The notes beneath the pieces were generated by a model. The model saw nothing but the letters and a program-made list of their open reading frames with translations, was not told the DNA's origin and made no database searches. The translations under genes were made by a program, and so were the position numbers. A DNA stretch of 60,000 nt from Malacoraja senta (lineage: Eukaryota). The stretch is from the NCBI GenBank assembly GCA_038087875.1, contig CM075987.1:20772001-20832000 (forward strand), given 5' to 3'. Numbering within the stretch: position 1 is the first letter of the stretch; each line of letters opens with the position of its first letter. Positions 53,554 through 60,000 of the stretch are shown piece after piece.

Positions 53554-55686
53554 ATAACACAAAATATTCAAACAACAAACTATCCCTATATGCTGATGAT
53601 GTACTACTGTACATCACAAAACCACAAATTAGTATACCAAATATATTAAACTTAATTGAGGACTTTGGATCCTTTTCAGGATATAGAATAAATTGGAACA
53701 AAAGTGAAATTATGTCGATTAAACCAAAAGACTCAACACATCTCAGGAAATTCCCTTTTAAAATAGCTATGGAAAAATTCAAATATTTAGGAATTGAGAT
53801 TACTAGAAATTACCATGATATGTTTAAAGCTAATTATAATCCCCTACTTAAGAAATTAAATAATCTGATTAAATTTTGGAAAACACTTCCGATGTCCTTA
53901 ATAGGTAGGATAAATGCTATAAAAATGATTTTCTTGCCACAAATCCTTTACCTATTTCAATCAATACCTATATATCTCCCAAAAAAGTTTTTCAAAAAAC
54001 TGGACTCAGACATTACAAATTTTATATGGGATTACAAATCCCACAGAATACAAAGAACACACCTTAACAAACGAAAAGAGTTGGGGGGTCTAGCGCTCCC
54101 TAACTTTATGTATTATAACTGGGCAGTAAATATTAAAAATATGATTCACCTGCTGGACAATTCTGCCCAGCAGGTGGACTGGATTATAATGGAAAAAGGG
54201 GACTGCTCCCCGAATAATATAGGAGCGATTATTCTCTCTCCAATAAATTTGAATAATAAAAATTATAATAAAAATCCAATTATATATAGCACTATTAGAA
54301 CATGGAAGCAAATAAAACAGAATCTAAAATTAAGAAACCTATCTCTCTTAATACCAATAGTCAATAACCCATCGTTTAAACCTTCAATCATAGATAAAGC
54401 ATTTATACAATGGGAAAGAATGGGAATTAAAACGCTCGAAGATCTGTATGAATTAGAAAAATTACTATCATTCCAACAACTACAACTGAAATATAATTTG
54501 AAAAATAATCAATATTTTAAATATCTACAAATCTGTGACTATTTGAAAACACACACAAAAGATTATTATAATATGCCTTCCGACTTACTAGATGAAGCAA
54601 TGAAGACAAAGGCGGAATCAGTTAATTTAATATCATACTTATATAATATCATCTTAAATATAGAAATACCCACAACAGATGGAATTAGAAGAGATTGGGA
54701 ACAAGATCTAGGTATAAAAATTTCAAAAGAGAGTTGGGATAATCATTTATTACAGGTGCATAAATGCTCGATCAACGTACGACATACGCTTATCCAATTT
54801 AAAACATTACATAGATTATATTATTCAAAAACCAAACTAAATAAAATCTTTCCTAACGTCTCACCAATCTGTGATAAATGTATATGTCAAGAAGCTACCA
54901 TAGCACATTCTTTTGTTTTTTGTACAAAAATCCAAAAATTCTGGTTTGAAATATTTGATATTTTTTCAAAATTAATCAAAATAAAACTGGTACCAAAACC
55001 AGAATGGATTATTTTTGGAATATCGGAAGGTATTCCTGAATTAAACGTGTATCAGAAGAATTTACTCAATTATGGGCTAATAATGGGAAAAAAGCTTATA
55101 CTTAAATTCTGGAAAAATGCGCCCACACCAACAATAAAAATGTGGACATCAAATATGTTGGAAACATTACATCTGGAAGAGATGAGATTCCTCCTAGTAG
55201 GCAAAGTAGATCAATTTCAAAAGACGTGGTCTACGTTTTTGGACCTATTACAAGCATGAGGTGCAATAGTAATTTAGAAAAACAAATAAATAAATAAAAG
55301 GTATCTGGACCTGGTAATGGGAGGTAAAATAAAAACAGACTTGGTTGGTAGTTCCTTCTCTATGAAGTATGGTATAAGAATTATAATAGAGCGATTGTTC
55401 CTTCTTTCTTTCTCTTTTTTTTTCTAGGGTCTATTTTCTAACTTTACTTCCTTCTCTAACTTCTTTTCTAAGGGGCTTTCTTTTCCCAACACTCTTTTGC
55501 ACTTCACAACCTTTGTGCACTTTCTTCACTTTTCTTACTTCTTTCTTTTTCTTTCTTAAAGTTTAAAAAAGTGAAGCGGTACAAAAAATGTATTAATATA
55601 TACGTGTTGTACATTACTGTAATCTACCGTACTTCTAAAAAATAAAAAATAAAAAAAAAAAATAAAAAAAAAAAAAATAAAAAAAA
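53554..55686 (+). mobile_element. L1-clade LINE, 5'-truncated, young
   Basis: Open frame containing YADD (53589) through stop at 55259; GGLALPNF, CDKC..H..C; poly(A) tail; 15-bp TSD aagacacaacctctt (53539-53553 and 55687-55701). Confidence 0.96.
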
Positions 55687-56433
55687 AAGACACAACCTCT
55701 TGAAGGGAATTCAAAATTCAGTATATCACAGGGGCTAGCTAGTTTCTTACTGAAATATCATACCACGCCACAATCTACCACAGGGTATAGGCCAGCTGAA
55801 CTCATGAAAAGAATGCTCAGAATTAGACTGAGTTTGGTTCTACCTAACCTATCGCCCAAGGTTAAACGCAAACAATCTGATCAGAAATGTCATTATGGTG
55901 GAAGTCAAAAAGAACATAGGTTCAAAACACATGAACAGGTTTGTGTTCTCAGCCTCCCTTACAAAGCAAACAAATGGGAGGTAGGAACAGTAGTTGAAGT
56001 GTGTGGTACCAGGAGGTACTTGGTAGAAATTGGAGGACATACGAGAAGTGCGCACATACACCATATGATCCCAGCAACGGATGAACCAGTACAAGAGCAA
56101 AGCATAGATAAAGTAGCAGATATGTCAGACCTTGGTATTATACCAAGTTCAGATGGAAGAGCAGAATCTCCAAAGAAAGTAGAGACAAAGGTAAATGATC
56201 CTGAACTTGACTCTCCTTTCGAACCACAACCTGACACTCCCCCTAAACCACTCAGGAGATCAGAAAGAGTGCGTAAACCAATCATCAGATAAAATTAATA
56301 AAATTATTCTTGTTTGTCTAATTTACAAGTTAGTATACTTTCTAAGGAGAGCGCAGTGTAGTGTATATAATGGTAACTATAACTTTTAAGAACCGTACTA
56401 GAATGGTATGATTTGTGTCATGTGATATATTAT

Positions 56434-58014
56434 TATTATTTTTTTTTAAATTTGTATTTTATTAGAAGTACATTACATTACAACCACATACATTAGTACT
56501 TGTCATTTATATCTTCTTACAATTAATGTACTCCATTTATTTTTTACACTAGAAAAGGAAAAGATTGAAAGAAAGAAGAAAGTGAAGGAAAAAGAGGAAG
56601 TGTAGGAAATGTGACAACAAAAAAGGACAAAGACCCTATAAGAGCAAAATTAAAAACAAAAGAAAAAGAGTTAAGAAATAGACCCTAGGAAAAAAAGAAA
56701 AAAAGAAAGAGAGAAAGAGGAAAAAGAGAGAAACAAATATTTTTATGAGCATTACCAACTCTTCAACTATCATCCCCCCTTACCTGACCTCAATTTTTTT
56801 TTTTAAAGTACTTTTGCACCTTATGTTTGTAATAATTCTATAAATGCAGACCACGTCAGGTGGAAATGATCTGGTTTACCTGCTAGGAGGAGTCTTATCT
56901 CTTCTAGGTGTAATGTTTCAAACATATTTGAAATCCACATATTTATAGCTGGTATTGGAGCCTTCTTCCAAAATTTTAGAATTAGCTTTTTTCCAGTTAT
57001 TAACCCATAGTCCATTAGTTTCTTTTGAAACACATTTAGTTCTGGACCATCTTCCGTTATACCGAAGATAATCCATTCTGCTTTGGGTATCAGTCTTGTT
57101 TTAAATAACTTTGTAAAGATTTCAAAAATTTAATTCCAAAATTTTTGAATTTTTGTACAAGAAACGAATGAGTGCGTTATAGTAGCTTCTTGGGATTGAC
57201 ATTTATCACAAATAGATGATACATTTGGGAAAATTTTATGAATTTTAGTTTTCGAATAATATAATCTATGTAAAATTTTAAATTGTATTAAAGTGTGTCT
57301 TACATTAATCGAGCATTTATGCACGTTTAATAAGTATTCATTCCAACTTTCCTTTGAAATTTTAATAGCTAACTCTTGTTCCCAGTCTCTTCTGATACCC
57401 TCCGTAGATGGTATTTGTGCATTTAAGATAATATTATACAAATATGATATTAAGTTTGCTGATTCCGCTTTTATCTGCATTGCCTCATCCAGTACATCTG
57501 CTGGGTTATTATGATGATCTTTTGTATATTTTTTCAAATAGTCGCATATTTGAAAATATTTAAAATATTGATTATTTCCGAGTTTATATTTTATTTGTAA
57601 TTGTTGAAATGAAAGTAATTTTCCAGTTTCATACAAGTCACCAAGCGTTTTAATTCCTAATCTATCCCATTGTGTATAAGCTTTATCTATAATAGAAGGA
57701 TTAAACGAAGGGCTATTGACTATAGGTAATAAAAGTGATACATTTCTTAATTTTAAATTTTGTTTTATTTGTTTCCAAATTCGGATTGTACTATGGATAA
57801 TTGGGTTCTTATTATAATTTATGTTATTCAATTTCATTGGAGAGAGGAGGATCGCTCCAATGTTTCTAGAGGAGCAATCCTCTTTCTCCATTACAATCCA
57901 GTCCGCTTGTTGGGCGGAGTTATCCATCAGTTGAATCATATTTTTAATATTTACTGACCAATAATAATACATAAAATTAGGTAGTGCTAAACCCCCTAAT
58001 ACTTAGGTTTATTC
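56434..58014 (-). mobile_element. L1-clade LINE, 5'-truncated, frameshifted
   Basis: ORFs 57130-57972 and 56821-57033 are homologous to the neighbouring L1 ORF2 C-terminus; A-rich tail at about 56434-56450. Confidence 0.93.
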
Positions 58015-59004
58015 AGTGCGTAAACCAATCATCAGATAAAATTAATAAAATTATTCTTGTTTGTCTAATTTACAAGTTAGTATACTTTCTAAGGAGAGCG
58101 CAGTGTAGTGTATATAATGGTAACTATAACTTTTAAGAACCGCACTAGAATGGTATGATTTGTGTCATGTGATATATTATATATCTTATCAGTCTCGTGA
58201 ATGTGCGAGTATGCGGAGAGTACTTTTGTAGAATAAAGACCCACGCTTGCTTCTATCTACATGCTGAAGCCGTAATATCTTACATGATCCATTTTAACAT
58301 GATAATCTTGATTGACTCGGCACTCATCTCAACTCATTCCTTGCTGATGTACTCTGGACTAATGTTTCACTTGAGTTGATAATTTTAATGAACTCTACAA
58401 TCACAGATATGAGATTACTTACAAAGCTGAGGAAGTGTCTTAAATCACACATAGCCCTATAGTGACCAGTGTTTGCCAAATAATATTAGCACCTGATTAG
58501 GGAATACAATATTCAGATACTCCTCCTTTACAAATACTTTGTTTTCTTGATCATTCCCATGTCTTGACTCTATAATCTTTAGAGGTAGATAGCTGCAGTC
58601 TCTAAAGCTCCTGTTTCAAATGTTCCACAACTGTAACTGCATTGTGAGCAGCCATGGCCCAAAATATTGGAATTATTTCCTTCAACCTCCTTCGCTTCTC
58701 TTTCCTCTTTTACGATGCCCATTAAATACTTTCTCTTTCACCAAGCCTTTGCTCAACAATCCTAACATCACCTTGTATTGGGATTGAACAGGTTGACAAA
58801 TAAGTGTAGAAACCTCAATGAATGCCCACTTCTGTTTTAGTCTTTTGCATTCCCATTCTTCTGCTCCAATCTGCTGAAATTTCCTGTGTGTTCCTGTCCC
58901 TTTCATTCAATCAAGCATAAGCTGTGACCCATTCTATTCTAGAAAGCCGAGCACAAAATCTAAACAGAGCAGTTCTGAGGAAGTACAGTCAGAAACGTTA
59001 ATAG

Positions 59005-59235
59005 CTTTTTGGTTTAGTTTAGCTTATTGTCAATTGTACCAAGATCCAGTCAACGGAAAACCTATACATGATTACAATCAAGTCGCCCACAAAGTACAAA
59101 TACAAACATAAAAAAGGGAATAACGTTTAGTGCAAGATAAAGTCCAGTAAAGTCCGATTAAAGATAGTCCTAGAGTCTCCAATGAGGTAGATTGTAGCTC
59201 AGGTCCGCTCTCTAGTTGGTGATAGGATGGTTAAG
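59005..59235 (-). mobile_element. Rex1/Babar-like LINE 3' end
   Basis: Reverse complement of about 17560-17800 (tttagtgcaagataaagtccagtaaagtccgattaaaga...). Confidence 0.75.
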
Positions 59236-59646
59236 TGCAAGTTGTCCTTGATTATGCTGATGGCCTTTATGGGATCTTGAAATGCACAAACTTTACTTTG
59301 CAATTCCAACTCTGACCGCTCACTTGGCAGGACTAATTCCCAATCTACGAATGCCCTGTTAAAGAGGACAAGACCTTAAAGAAATTACATTGGACAAGCA
59401 AGCTTTTTGTGTCTATCTTTGGTTTAAACCAGCATCTGCAGTTCCTTCCTACACACTTCACAAGGATAAGAAGTGTGTGCTACTCCAGCTCTGTGTGTCC
59501 ATCACAAGGATAAGAACCCTTGTTGTTAGTGGTCAAAACCCATCAGCAATGTTAATAGGGCTGAATGATCTGTTTTTATGCTGTAAAATGCTAAAATAGA
59601 ACACTATTCAAATCAAATTTCAGCCAAAAACCATAGGAACCCTTAC

Positions 59647-59789
59647 CTCCTGTGTTAGATCCAAAGCCCGAAAAGCCAGTCCCCTGTTGGCCAAAGCCAG
59701 GTCCCTGTTGGGGCACTGATCCAAAAGGTGCAGGACTGGGTTGATTTGCTAGGCTTCCAAATGAATTTGCACTGGAATTGCTTCCAAAC
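59647..59789 (-). CDS. NUP214: NUP214 FG-repeat exon (third from last)
   Basis: cag/gtaagg; [47 protein letters not shown] resembles human [46 protein letters not shown]. Confidence 0.92.
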
Positions 59790-60000
59790 CTGTGTGAACA
59801 ATTATGTACAACTGAAGAGATATAGAAAGTGCGCTTGAATAATCAGTGTGAAAGTCTTAGTGCAATAGGACCATTAACCAGAAACATCAACTCTGTTTCT
59901 CTTTCTACACATGCTCCTGCTGAGTTATTCCAGCATTTCCTCTGCCATTTTTGTCATGCTATATTAATATCTAACTCTTTGGACATCACTGACAAAGCCA

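Larger units (their letters stand above)
52490..58284 (+). mobile_element. 5'-truncated, decayed Gypsy LTR retrotransposon (RNase H, integrase, PPT, 3' LTR) with two L1 insertions
   Basis: [16 protein letters not shown] (RNase H); LHSEH..CSTC zinc finger; RVHVDF, VSDN, YHPASNG integrase core; purine-rich tract aaggagagcgcag then LTR TGTAG...TTACA (58104-58284) with AATAAA. Confidence 0.92.

Noticed and set aside
53712..55259. 515-aa ORF as a host gene
   Set aside because: L1 ORF2 C-terminus bounded by a TSD and poly(A) tail
56357..58284. Two LTRs of an intact small LTR element
   Set aside because: The repeat includes internal sequence and PPT, covers only part of the LTR, and flanks an L1; it is a target duplication

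Overview
Repeat-rich vertebrate genomic DNA. The mix of CR1, V-SINE and Penelope repeats and the protein divergence suggest a cartilaginous fish such as a skate or ray (inference). Minus strand: 17 coding exons of nucleoporin NUP214, from the ATG at 34878 in a CpG-rich promoter down to 3071, with the gene continuing off the left edge. All junctions are phase-consistent and one intron has a GC donor. Upstream lies only the last coding exon of AIF1L (39627-39714), then a 200-N gap (43086-43285). Beyond the gap, on the same strand, are the last three exons of NUP214 (59647-59789, 52217-52247, 47738-47774, ending GWRG*). The NUP214 tail therefore precedes a NUP214 head, which means either a tandem duplication or a scaffold mis-order. 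The rest is mobile DNA: CR1, Rex/Babar and L1 LINEs, Penelope-like fragments and short derivatives with hammerhead-ribozyme-like cores, V-SINEs, a decayed Gypsy element hit by two L1s (one flanked by a 166-bp duplication), a solo LTR, Harbinger-like, hAT-like and long-TIR MITEs, and a non-autonomous Helitron. Gene identities rest on recalled similarity to the human proteins; no searches were run. Repeat boundaries without a stated TSD or TIR are approximate.
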